A stretch of DNA of 63,961 nt, filler included, from Octopus bimaculoides (GCF_001194135.2; 6 parts of 6 records of this genome joined end to end with filler, not necessarily neighbours in it); one strand, 5' to 3'. Counted from the first letter of the whole stretch, positions 24,740 to 38,900 are shown. Notes: generated by a model not told the origin, from the sequence alone. Translations and numbers: made by a program.

Positions 24740-24960
24740 TGTTTGTGCATCTGTGTTTGTCACCCCAACATTGCTTGACAACCGATGCTGGTGTGTTTTC
24801 GTCCCCGTAACTTAGCGGTTCGGCAAAAGAGACCGATAGAACAAGTAGTAAGCTTACAAAGAATAAGTCCTGGGGTTGATTTGCTCGACTAAAGGCAGTG
24901 CTCCAGTATGCCCACTGTCAAATCACTGAATTAAGTAAAATAATAAAAGAATAAAAGAAT
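24740..24960 (+). mobile_element. SINE family A, 3' half (5' part lost in gap)
   Basis: CCGATGCTGGTGTG...CTTAGCGGTTCGGCAAAAGAGACCGATAGA...GGGGTTGATTTGCTCGACT...AAAAGAATA. Confidence 0.85.
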
Positions 24961-25020
24961 GTATATTTCGATGTTGTATTTGATTTACAAGATTCTTTAT
25001 GTGAATTCGTGCGTTGAAGC

Positions 25021-25300
25021 ATATTTTATTGTGTCTGGGTAGAGTCATTCTTTTTTAGTGCCTTATTACTTAACACACTCAACGGTTCGATGTCCACTCT
25101 CTCTCTATCTCTCTCTCTCTCTTTTCATTGCGTCTTGCAAACTTTTCAATAGTCGTTGACTTTCAACGACTATTAAAAGGTTGCCAGACGCAACGAAAAT
25201 TTAAGAAAAATAAATAAGTAGATGAGTGGAAATCAAACCGGTGTGTGTGTTAAATAATAAGGCACTAAAAGAGAATGACTCTCCCCAGACACAGCAATAT
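25021..25300. mobile_element. Fully palindromic MITE (about 280 bp)
   Basis: The left half is the reverse complement of the right half, centred on GTTGA-CTT-TCAAC (25155-25167). Ends are ATATT..TGTGTCTGGG.AGAGTCATTCT / AGAATGACTCTCCCCAGACACAGCAATAT in a TA context. Confidence 0.85.
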
Positions 25301-25311
25301 ATATATATATA

Positions 25312-25615
25312 CTAGCAGAAATACCCGGCTTTGCCCGGGTTAAAGAGAATAATGAAATCTAAAAACGCCGTCTAGACTACGCAACCCTCAACTGTTAGTA
25401 GCTACGATACCATATTTCTACATTAATAACTCTCCAATCCATGCCAGCATGGAACATAGACATTAAGTGGAATGCCAGTCTCTCATCTAGGAGGGCCTTG
25501 AAATCAATGTTACCAACTGGGGACTATGTGTGTCGTAGTGATAATAAAAAGACCCAAAGAATGTCTGCAACGAAATAATTTTACTCAACACTTTGCAAGT
25601 GAATCAGTGGAGGCA
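25312..25615 (-). mobile_element. Non-autonomous Helitron 3' end
   Basis: Minus strand ends ACCCGG-GCAAAG-CCGGGT hairpin, short spacer, CTAG then T, the canonical Helitron 3' terminus. The rest runs into a gap. Confidence 0.7.
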
Positions 25616-25715
25616 NNNNNNNNNNNNNNNNNNNNNNNNNNNNNNNNNNNNNNNNNNNNTTAATTAATTAANNNNNNNNNNNNNNNNNNNNNNNNNNNNN
25701 NNNNNNNNNNNNNNN

Positions 25716-25755
<40 letters not shown>

Positions 25756-27005
25756 GCGACGATGGCGATGATGATGATGATGATGATGACGGCGATGATG
25801 ATGATGATGATGACGGCGATGATGATGATGATGATGACGGCGATGATGATGATGATGATGACGGCGATGATGATGGGGGTGGCGGCGGTGTCGGCTGTGA
25901 CAGCGGCGGTAGCAGGGGCGACGGAGTCAGCGGTGCGGCGGTGCGGTGGTACTTCGTAGTGCTTGCTGGTGGTGACAATCACGTCAACAGTTATTATCAT
26001 TATTAATTATTATTATTATTATTATTATTATTTTCATTTCAATTTTTATTATTTCTATTTCAGTTTTTGTTGTTTTCATCGTCATCATCATCATCACCAT
26101 CATCATCGCCACCATCATCATCATCATCATCATCATCATCCTCATCATCATCATCATCATCATCATCATTATCATCATCATCATCAACATCGTCACCATC
26201 ATTATCATCATCATCATCGTCACCATCATCATCATCATCATCGTCATCATCATCATCATCATCATCGTCACCANNNNNNNNNNNNNNNNNNNNNNNNNNN
26301 NNNNNNNNNNNNNNNNNNNNNNNNNNNNNNNNNNNNNNNNNNNNNNNNNNNNNNNNNNNNNNNNNNNNNNNNNNNNNNNNNNNNNNNNNNNNNNNNNNNN
26401 NNNNNNNNNNNNNNNNNNNNNNNNNNNNNNNNNNNNNNNNNNNNNNNNNNNNNNNNNNNNNNNNNNNNNNNNNNNNNNNNNNNNNNNNNNNNNNNNNNNN
26501 NNNNNNNNNNNNNNNNNNNNNNNNNNNNNNNNNNNNNNNNNNNNNNNNNNNNNNNNNNNNNNNNNNNNNNNNNNNNNNNNNNNNNNNNNNNNNNNNNNNN
26601 NNNNNNNNNNNNNNNNNNNNNNNNNNNNNNNNNNNNNNNNNNNNNNNNNNNNNNNNNNNNNNNNNNNNNNNNNNNNNNNNNNNNNNNNNNNNNNNNNNNN
26701 NNNNNNNNNNNNNNNNNNNNNNNNNNNNNNNNNNNNNNNNNNNNNNNNNNNNNNNNNNNNNNNNNNNNNNNNNNNNNNNNNNNNNNNNNNNNNNNNNNNN
26801 NNNNNNNNNNNNNNNNNNNNNNNNNNNNNNNNNNNNNNNNNNNNNNNNNNNNNNNNNNNNNNNNNNNNNNNNNNNNNNNNNNNNNNNNNNNNNNNNNNNN
26901 NNNNNNNNNNNNNNNNNNNNNNNNNNNNNNNNNNNNNNNNNNNNNNNNNNNNNNNNNNTCATCATCATCATCATCATCATCATCTTCATCATCATCATCA
27001 TCATC

Positions 27006-27042
<37 letters not shown>

Positions 27043-27200
27043 ATATCATCTTCATCATCATCATCATCATCATCGTTGTCATCATTGTCATCATCATCAT
27101 CATCATCATCATCAATGTCAGCTTCCACATTACCACCATCATCAAATTCTTATCATTATCACCACCGTCATCTCCACTAGCCACCACCACCACCACCATC
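25716..27200. repeat. (GAT)n, (ATT)n and (CAT)n compound microsatellite field spanning gaps
   Basis: Direct inspection; includes a 24-bp GACGGC(GAT)6 higher-order unit. Confidence 0.95.
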
Positions 27201-27495
27201 AACATAAAATATGACCTGGTGATCTCTGATCCAAAGGTCATGGTTTCGTATCCCACCATGAACGAGCATTACGTCCCCCGACCCACAAGTGACAGATCTG
27301 ATCAACAACCTAACCGCACTCTTTTATGAATGCCCATGACCTTAAGCTGACACACCTAAATATACACACACTAATTACAAAGCTTTACATGCATGAACAA
27401 ATTCTAACAATTAGCACTTACCTGAAATCTAATCAATAACATTTTCCATGCCTTCTGGCCACCACAACCTAGCCAGAGCCTGATTATCATTCAAC

Positions 27496-27532
27496 AGGTC
27501 ACTGAGGTCAGGTCACTGAGGTCAGGTCACTG
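27496..27532 (+). promoter_or_regulatory. 14-bp tandem repeat forming two perfect DR3 (AGGTCAnnnAGGTCA) nuclear-receptor-like sites
   Basis: CAGGTCACTGAGGT x2.7. Function is inferred only. Confidence 0.3.
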
Positions 27533-27927
27533 TGGAAAATTTTAATTTAGCAAAGACTATATGAAGCCAAGATGAACTTAAATGCATTACAGTTTGATAA
27601 TGGCAGAAACTTCGAAGTCACATTCAGTATTATTTTTGCTAAAGAATAATAAGTTTGCGCCCTACAAAATGTATTGAGTGCTCCTTCAATTTAATGTAAA
27701 ACCTGTTTTTTTTTGTGACATAAAAACAAACATTAATATGTAGAAAGGTGGATTTCTAATATGGCAGAAGACGGCCAAATTGTCTTACCACGATTTGGTG
27801 GTGGTGGTTGTGTTAGTGGCGTTGTTGTGTTGTTGTTGGTGGTGGTGGTGGTGGTGGCGGCGGCGGCGACGGCGGTCGGGCTGAAGTGGGGGAGGTTAAC
27901 TATGCGAAAATACTTCCATCGAGCTGT

Positions 27928-27943
27928 CAGCGCCATCTGGTGA
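27928..27943 (-). promoter_or_regulatory. CTCF-like motif in a CpG-enriched islet
   Basis: Minus strand TCACCAGATGGCGCTG, against the familiar CCACCAGATGGCGC-type core. Confidence 0.4.
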
Positions 27944-28269
27944 AACTAAATTTAATCAGTTCGTCCACATTTCATATTTCCCCGTCGAGTCATTATGCAT
28001 AAATTTGAATATTTTTTTAGAATTAATAAAGAAATTTACATAGAATTAGGCGAAAATAGATATAGAAATAAAACGGTTACTCACAGACCTATAAAAAGAA
28101 AGTTAATTTTTTTTTTTAATTGACAAAGCCGGGTTGTTTGGTTAAGAAGTTCTGAGTTCAAATTCCACCTAGGCTGAATTTGCTTATTCTTTTTTCATAC
28201 ATGCATGACCAAATACATAATTATATACACACATACCAACTTAACATACATACATCCGTACAATTTGCC

Positions 28270-29590
28270 TATGATAGGAAATGTCAGCTGTCCACAGCCA
28301 GCAGACTAAGATGGCACTTGTTTTCTGACCATGCTTCGAAAACCCTGCGAAGGACTCTTGCAGTTCCAAGCAATGAGGATTTTTGTAGGTATTCTAAATT
28401 TGTATTCGTCCCAATCTTTTCGAGTCATGTTGGTAGTTAGGTACTGATAACTCGAAGTGCACTAATAACTTGGTATCACCTTCACTTTCGTCATTGCCCC
28501 CACCTGCTTATTTCCCCTCTTCAATTCATCATAGTTGTTCACTTATTCTTCCTTCCCTTCAATCCTGTTGTCACCAGGACATACTGTGTCTCTGTTTACT
28601 ACAACAATGTCAGCTTTCTGATGTCTAATCTGACGCTCACACTGAATCATCGCATCCCACAAGATTTTGCAAACCTCATTCTTAGTAACTCCCTCTGAGA
28701 CTTGGTCATATCACGTCTTTGATCTTTCTTGGCTATACTTTCCACAAAACGTCTCAATCGATCATTCTTGCCACATTGTCATGTTGCCTTTTGTATTCAT
28801 GTTGTGTTAATTTCAGGCATTTACTAACAACGTGCCACGTTGCTTCACCCATCTCACCACACACTCTGCATATGTCGCTCTTTATTAATTCTGCACTTTA
28901 CATAATTTCCCATCAATGCTCGTTCTCGTACCGCGCTTATAAATGCTTCCGTTTCTACCTTCAAACCACTCTGACGCATCCATGGTCACTGGCCTTCTCC
29001 ATCTATTTTTGCACTCGTATCTCTTGCAAACTGACCGTATATTTTTTCCTTTCTATGCCATTTCTTTTTTCTTTGCTTTTTTTTTGTACTTTTTTCGTCT
29101 TTAAATTTCTCTTTCTCAATACAATTATCAGTTTGGATGACACCAGACTTCTTCACACGCACTAACAATGGTTCCACGGCGTTTTTTACAAACCACCTTA
29201 AACTGTTTTCCTCTGTTTCAATACAACCCTGGCAACTGATCAAACCTCGTCCACCATTTATTCTGGACAAGCACAACCGATCAGTGTCACATCTTAGGAT
29301 GTAATGCTCCGTGCACCATCAATAACTTTCATGTCTTCCTATCCATACCCATCAGCTCATTCTTTTGCCATTTTATGATTCCAGCTCCATACCGAAAGGA
29401 TGCCATCGCCCATGTATTTACTGCTTAGATTTGATTTTATCCGGTCAGTTTTGAGCGCAACACCAATCGTAGGCATCGGAAATATTCTTTCCTCTGCAAT
29501 TTTGTCATTTCTTTCTTCATGATTTCATTCAACACTAGTATGGCAGGTTCTTATAGCCCCCTTTTCCAATTTGTTTCATCACTTCTCTGT
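28270..29590 (-). mobile_element. R4/Dong-clade non-LTR retrotransposon, 3' part, decayed
   Basis: RLVLRSKLTG*NQI*AVNTWA..RYGAGII.W..ELMGMDRKT, GALHPK, GGRGLISC, YGQFARD, GLKVETEAFI, RHDNVARM, PGDNRIEGKEE and SSLLGTARVLRRVFE. Confidence 0.88.
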
Positions 29591-29691
29591 TNNNNNNNNN
29601 NNNNNNNNNNNNNNNNNNNNNNNNNNNNNNNNNNNNNNNNNNNNNNNNNNNNNNNNNNNNNNNNNNNNNNNNNNNNNNNNNNNNNNNNNNN

Positions 29692-29734
<43 letters not shown>

Positions 29735-30799
29735 TCTATAGAAAATGTACTCAATACAGGTGTACACTTCAATTATATGTCTGCACCTCGTCATTCTTCA
29801 GAGATTTTCGTTGCGTCTTATCGTCCTTCCAGCGACGAAATGTGAATTATACGCTTGCACACACGCATAAACACACGCACACACAGACACACAGACACAC
29901 ACAAACAAACAAACAAACACACACAAACAAACTAACAAACACGCACACATACAGATGAACAAACAAACACACACACACGCACACACGCAGAAAGAACAAG
30001 CTCACAGAAACTCATAAATTTCTGGAATTAAGACGTAAGAGAACATGTGGGAGACTCCATTATAAATTTTCTTATGTAAGATTTTAATGTCTAAGACGTG
30101 CAAGAAAAGAATAACAAGGAATGNNNNNNNNNNNNNNNNNNNNNNNNNNNNNNNNNNNNNNNNNNNNNNNNNNNNNNNNNNNNNNNNNNNNNNNNNNNNN
30201 NNNNNNNNNNNNNNNNNNNNNNNNNNNNNNNNNNNNNNNNNNNNNNNNNNNNNNNNNNNNNNNNNNNNNNNNNNNNNNNNNNNNNNNNNNNNNNNNNNNN
30301 NNNNNNNNNNNNNNNNNNNNNNNNNNNNNNNNNNNNNNNNNNNNNNNNNNNNNNNNNNNNNNNNNNNNNNNNNNNNNNNNNNNNNNNNNNNNNNNNNNNN
30401 NNNNNNNNNNNNNNNNNNNNNNNNNNNNNNNNNNNNNNNNNNNNNNNNNNNNNNNNNNNNNNNNNNNNNNNNNNNNNNNNNNNNNNNNNNNNNNNNNNNN
30501 NNNNNNNNNNNNNNNNNNNNNNNNNNNNNNNNNNNNNNNNNNNNNNNNNNNNNNNNNNNNNNNNNNNNNNNNNNNNNNNNNNNNNNNNNNNNNNNNNNNN
30601 NNNNNNNNNNNNNNNNNNNNNNNNNNNNNNNNNNNNNNNNNNNNNNNNNNNNNNNNNNNNNNNNNNNNNNNNNNNNNNNNNNNNNNNNNNNNNNNNNNNN
30701 NNNNNNNNNNNNNNNNNNNNNNNNNNNNNNNNNNNNNNNNNNNNNNNNNNNNNNNNNNNNNNNNNNNNNNNNNNNNNNNNNNNNNNNNNNNNNNNNNNT

Positions 30800-31619
30800 A
30801 AGACGGTCAGGCTTGTATTGGATGAAAGATTGCAAAGATAAAGCACTATACAAGAAATTGAAAACGAATGAAACTGAAAATAGGTGGGTAAAGAAAAGAA
30901 TGCATGGACAATTTCATAGGGATGTTGAAGATAAGACAGACAGAGAAAAAAGATAGCTGTAGATGACTAAAAGTAATTTAAAATTGGAAATGGAGGCTCT
31001 AATCTGTGCTGCCCAAGAGCAAGCACAAAGAACAAATTACATAAAATACAGAATAGACAACACAGCAGAATGTGATAAGTGCAGAATCTGTGGACAAAAC
31101 GGTGAAACCGTATGGCATATTGCCAGCCAATGTACGCCACTATCCCAGGAGGAATATAAGAGACGCCACGACAATATAGCCAGGCTTGTCAATTGGACGC
31201 TTTGCAACAAGTATGGTCTTGACAGAGCAAAAAATTGGTATGACCATAAACCCGAAGGCATCATCGAAAATGATAATGCAAACATCCTATGAGATTTTAT
31301 GACAACAAGATATGCGACAACAAGGTATGCGACAACAAGGTATGCGACAACAAGGTATGCGATAAGGAAGAAAGAAAAGTCAATAGATATGACAGGTTAG
31401 CTTTGGAAGTTAAGCAGTTGTGGTAGATGAAAAAGGTAGCAGTAGTACCAATAATTGTTAGAGTCATGGGAACAGTGAGTAAAAATCTCGAGAAGTACGT
31501 GGAACAAATAGGGGCTTCAATAAGGGTGGAGCACTTGCAGAAAACAGTACTGCTTGGAACCAACCAAATACTCCGGAAGGTGCTTGAAAAATAAGAGGTG
31601 TTACCTTAGTTCACTGGTA
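30800..31619 (+). mobile_element. R4/Dong-clade non-LTR retrotransposon, 3' part, endonuclease core deleted
   Basis: MHGQFHRD, LKLEMEALICAAQEQAQRTNY, CRICGQNGETVWHIASQC (CCHC), RRHDNIARLVNW, IL*DF, then a 15-bp tandem, then VVPIIVRVMGTV and KTVLLGTNQILRKVLE. Confidence 0.9.
31301..31360 (+). repeat. 15-bp tandem GACAACAAGGTATGC x4
   Basis: Four copies, the first with one mismatch. Confidence 0.95.
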
Positions 31620-33801
31620 NNNNNNNNNNNNNNNNNNNNNNNNNNNNNNNNNNNNNNNNNNNNTTAATTAATTAANNNNNNNNNNNNNNNNNNNNNNNNN
31701 NNNNNNNNNNNNNNNNNNNATATATATATATATATAATATATGTTTGCCTGTGTATGTATGTAGATATGTAGATAACGCATGTATGTAGATATATGATTC
31801 ACTTTTGGACTGAAGCAAGCTGTGAAAGCTTGTCCTGCGAATGAAGAAAGTGAGGTTTCTTCTATCTCTCAGTTACTTCTTACCATTTTCACACTCTCTT
31901 TACAGATGAGAACAACGCTGCTTGTACAAATACTATTCTACTGCACACAAACGATGCGTTATCCAAGCTATAGAAAAGCAAACTGTATTGCATGATGCCA
32001 CTCCTACGATTCTTTACTTATATCCACTTAGAATGGATCAAATATTATGAATAATTTCTATGTTAGCTTTATTATTATTTTTTCGATATCCATCCAATTG
32101 TCTTTGATTTTTCGTTCTTATATGAATCATCAATGCAAAATCAGTTTTCTATATGAATTGCGTGCTACTGTTAGCCATAGAGGAGTAGTGAAAATTCTTT
32201 TTAACTGCGTGTATAAATACTTACATATATATGTGCGTATATATATATATATACGTATACACAAAAGAATACACGCATATATATAATACTGAATGATAAG
32301 CGAACAAACATATATCGCTGACATTTTAAATGAGAGCCACTTACATTGCTGCACACAACCTCAATATCATTTTGTTCTTACTTATTTGCTTCAATAGAGA
32401 TGTGTATGAGATACACGCTCATATACAATGACATATATTGTGTGCCTGTATACTTTATATATATATATGTATATATATATATAGGTATACGCATCTGTAA
32501 TTAAATATATGCTGTGTATGTGCATGCATACTTATGTATACATGTATATATATATATACATGTATGAATGCGCGTAATATATCTATCTACATGTCTATGC
32601 ATTATGTGTGTGTGTGTGTATATGTGGAGAAGCAGGCAGAGATATGTACTAACGCATATGTGGTTGTGTATATCTGTATGTGTGAGTATGTGTGTAGATG
32701 TAAATTGTGAATCATTCACATATTTATTTTAGATAATAATGCAAATTTCCACGTTGTGTAAAAGAATTCCAATGTTGAAATACACAGTGGATATTTCCAT
32801 TAGTTCCGACTGTTTACTTCTGTTTTTTTGTTTTGTTTTTTTTTGCTATAATTTCTGAGGGTTTTTTGTCTCAGAGAGCCCGAAAACAAGAGATTGGTTC
32901 TTATTGTTATAATACGATATGTAACTGGCGACAAGTTTACTTATTGTTACATCCTAACATTTGCTGGCAGCATCGCTAAAAATAAGAATATATATCTGAA
33001 CATAAATTGTAAATAATTTCACAAGTACACGTTCAATAGCATGTACTTCAATAACACGCACAAAACTTAGAGACGTGACGAGAACACAATGTACTCGAGT
33101 ACACCACATGACTCTCTATCTCTCTCTTTCTTTCCTTCTCTTTCTTCTTCTCCATCTTTCTTTAGAACAAACTCAACAACTTCTTCACTAATTTTGAGAA
33201 GGAGACTTAAGTCTAACGAATATATTCATATTTCATATTATGTTTATTTAAAACACGTATGTGGATTCTTTCACAATCACTGTCTTATTAATTGAGCAGC
33301 ACATGTGTGTGCGTGTGTGTGTTTGTGTGTGTGTGTTCGTGGTTGTGTGTGTGTGTGTGTATACATGTGAATGCGCATGCGCGCACATTGAAAACTTACA
33401 GTTTTAAGTAACTTTTTTAAAATTTTACTCCTAAGTAACTTTTGTACTGTTTTGAGTAAATTTGACTTTAAAAGAAGTAAATGTAATCGGCTAAACTCTG
33501 GAGAATGTAAATAGACATGGGTGGATCACGAATTTCACTTCTTTTAATTCGAGGTACTTATGTAGCATTGATAGATTTTCGGAGATAATGGTGAAGAGAT
33601 CTATGTTTCTGGGATTGTATCCGGATATGTACGCCACACAAAATTCTATAACATTTTCCTAACAAGACGATTCAAATATATTCTTTAACCATACAATACG
33701 AGTCTTCTGTAGTTTTTTTCATTCTATTTTGTTTGTTTGTTTTATACATCCAACCACGTGCTTTCACATACCAACTCTCTCACCCATATATATAATTGAG
33801 C

Positions 33802-33939
33802 CTGGGAGATATTCTTTGTGAGCCTAGTACTTATTCTATCATGCTCCGTTACCGAACCGCTAAATTACTGGGACCCAAACACACCAGCATCGGTTTTCAA
33901 GCGTAAGTGGGGGGGGGGATAAACACAGACACACAAACA

Positions 33940-33942
<3 letters not shown>
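33802..33942 (-). mobile_element. SINE family A, internal/3' fragment
   Basis: Reverse complement of the family A 3' half (GCCTAGTACTTATTCTATC..CCGAACCGCTAA..CACACCAGCATCGG). Confidence 0.75.
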
Positions 33943-33971
<29 letters not shown>

Positions 33972-34564
33972 NNNNNNNNNNNNNNNNNNNNNNNNNNNNN
34001 NNNNNNNNNNNNNNNNNNNNNNNNNNNNNNNNNNNNNNNNNNNNNNNNNNNNNNNNNNNNNNNNNNNNNNNNNNNNNNNNNNNNNNNNNNNNNNNNNNNN
34101 NNNNNNNNNNNNNNNNNNNNNNNNNNNNNNNNNNNNNNNNNNNNNNNNNNNNNNNNNNNNNNNNNNNNNNNNNNNNNNNNNNNNNNNNNNNNNNNNNNNN
34201 NNNNNNNNNNNNNNNNNNNNNNNNNNNNNNNNNNNNNNNNNNNNNNNNNNNNNNNNNNNNNNNNNNNNNNNNNNNNNNNNNNNNNNNNNNNNNNNNNNNN
34301 NNNNNNNNNNNNNNNNNNNNNNNNNNNNNNNNNNNNNNNNNNNNNNNNNNNNNNNNNNNNNNNNNNNNNNNNNNNNNNNNNNNNNNNNNNNNNNNNNNNN
34401 NNNNNNNNNNNNNNNNNNNNNNNNNNNNNNNNNNNNNNNNNNNNNNNNNNNNNNNNNNNNNNNNNNNNNNNNNNNNNNNNNNNNNNNNNNNNNNNNNNNN
34501 NNNATATAAATGCGGACAATATATTACAGTACACCTATCGCTAAATATTTATTCATATCCTTTG

Positions 34565-34730
34565 GCATAGGCGTGTCTGTGTGGTAAGACGTTTGTTCAT
34601 CAACCACGTGGTTCCGGGCTCAGTACGTCTGTGATGCACCTTGAACAAGTATTTCCTAGTATAGCCTCGGACCGAGCAAAGAGTGCGAGTGAACTTGGTA
34701 GGTAGAAACTGAAACAAGTTTTTCGTATGT

Positions 34731-34735
<5 letters not shown>
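34565..34735 (+). mobile_element. SINE family A, 5' half, diverged
   Basis: GGCGTGTCTGTGTGGTAAG...GGTTCCGGGCTCAG...CACCTTGAACAAG...GAAACTGAAA. Confidence 0.75.
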
Positions 34736-34776
<41 letters not shown>

Positions 34777-34879
34777 TTATTAATATTTCTAAGTCTCTCT
34801 AATATTTCTAAGTCTCTCTATATATATATATATATATACATAAATGGAGTTAGGCGCAGGGGTTATTCAAATTCTTTTA

Positions 34880-34966
34880 CTGCCGACACATGTTTCGAAG
34901 ACAACATCAGTCTTATTCCAAAGGAATAAAATGGTGTAAAACAATGTAATCTTCTCATCAGGCAAA
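34880..34966 (-). ncRNA. Type I hammerhead ribozyme-like motif with expanded stem II
   Basis: Minus strand TTTGC-CTGATGA-GAAGA...TCTTC-GAAA-CATGT-GTC-GGCAG: intact core, 5-bp stem II closing a 58-nt domain with internal TTATTCC/GGAATAA hairpin, quasi-palindromic ACATGTGT helix III and GUC triplet. Stem I needs one bulge. Confidence 0.65.
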
Positions 34967-35094
34967 GAAAGAAACAAACCAACCTCATCAATAAGGCATT
35001 TTAACAGAATTCTATTAAAATATCTTATTGATGAGTTTGGCTTCTTTCTTTCTTTCTTTCTCTTATGAGAAGATTACATTGTTTTTCACCATTT
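34929..35094. repeat. Imperfect fold-back palindrome overlapping the hammerhead
   Basis: Arms AATGGTG.AAAACAATGTAATCTTCTCAT...CTCATCAATAAG and CTTATTGATGAG...ATGAGAAGATTACATTGTTTTTCACCATT, centred on AGAATTCT (35006-35013). Confidence 0.85.
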
Positions 35095-36569
35095 ATCAAC
35101 ATAATGTACAGATATATGTGTGAGTCTGTATATTTTATATAAGATACAATGATCTATTAATATATTTTCGCTTTAGTTTAATCTGAAAGAAGAAGAAATA
35201 TCCATGTTATTTACTGATCCATGAGGAAAATAAACACCGAAAACCGTTACCCTTCCATCATATGCCGATTTAATGAATGAACAATAGCTGGCAAGATATC
35301 TGTGATGGCAGCAGTGTCGGATGTAGTAGTTCATATGGGTACAAGATTAAATGCAGGTCGTATGATGAAGGAAGAGTTTATGACGTGTTACGGATTGAAT
35401 TGGTGATATCCACGAAAATCTTTGGAAGAAGAACCGTTGTTTTAGAATATACGATATATACATATATACATATATACCATATCATTTTATCGTTTCTTGC
35501 TTTTTAATAAAGGTAAACCTCGCACTACAATTTCAAATGACCTGCCGTTAAAAATGATAGTCTATGTTTGGAAGGAAATTTAGATAAAACTTCAAAATAA
35601 GGGATATGCGTTCTGTTTCGGATGCAACCGAAAAGAAAGCAATACTAGTCGAATTCGTTTGTTGGTTTTATTGCACCGACTCGATGAATCTTTAGTCGAA
35701 TGGATCGAAGCCTGGTACTGATTTATTTGAGAAATCTTCACAACTACGATCAGGTTATTATTTGGGTTTTGCAACTACCTTCAAAACAATTACGGGTGTA
35801 CCTTTTCTCTGAGGTCATCTTCTGAATGTGAAGTACCACGTCCGGGACCATTAATTCGTTGATGAACTTCTCAGCAGAGATTTGAACAAGGTTTATTCGT
35901 TTTGGGTATATAAGTGTTGTCTGTATGACTGAAATGAGAAGGACCTCTCTTTGACAAACATTTTCTATTTTGTGAGAAAATCAAAGTGTTAAATTTTCTC
36001 TTTATTCACTTGAAGAAAACGGTTTTCTGCATGATGTAACACATTTTGACCTATAGATATCGTTACATTTCGCAAAATTAGTAAATTGCGAAAAACCCGA
36101 GTTTTCATGGCAGAAAGTGGCCAGCATATAGGCACTTACCAAATGTAGTTTGCTAACGTAAAAGGGGAAATACTCAAGACTCTTATAAATTTCAAAATAA
36201 AACACCTATATTTCTGTTATAGAAATTCCACCAATAAAGCTTTATTTCTTTGTTAGAAAGCAATCCATTCTTCTAGGAAGAATTCAAATAATTAATAAAA
36301 GAAAACACACATGCATAGATAGAAAGATTTATCGAAATATAATTTACTCTTTCGTAGGTATTTGTAAATGTAAAGTAGCTCTGAACATTGTCTATCTTGT
36401 TTAGCTAAAGGAACACATAGATAAATTCATATATAATACAGAGAACGAGTGAAGTTATATATATTTACCTGTTTTCACGTTATATCCACACACATATCGC
36501 ATAAGAACATACCATAAAAGTTTTGTTTGTATATATGCATGTAACCATATATACATACGCAGGCAGAAA

Positions 36570-38900
<2,331 letters not shown>

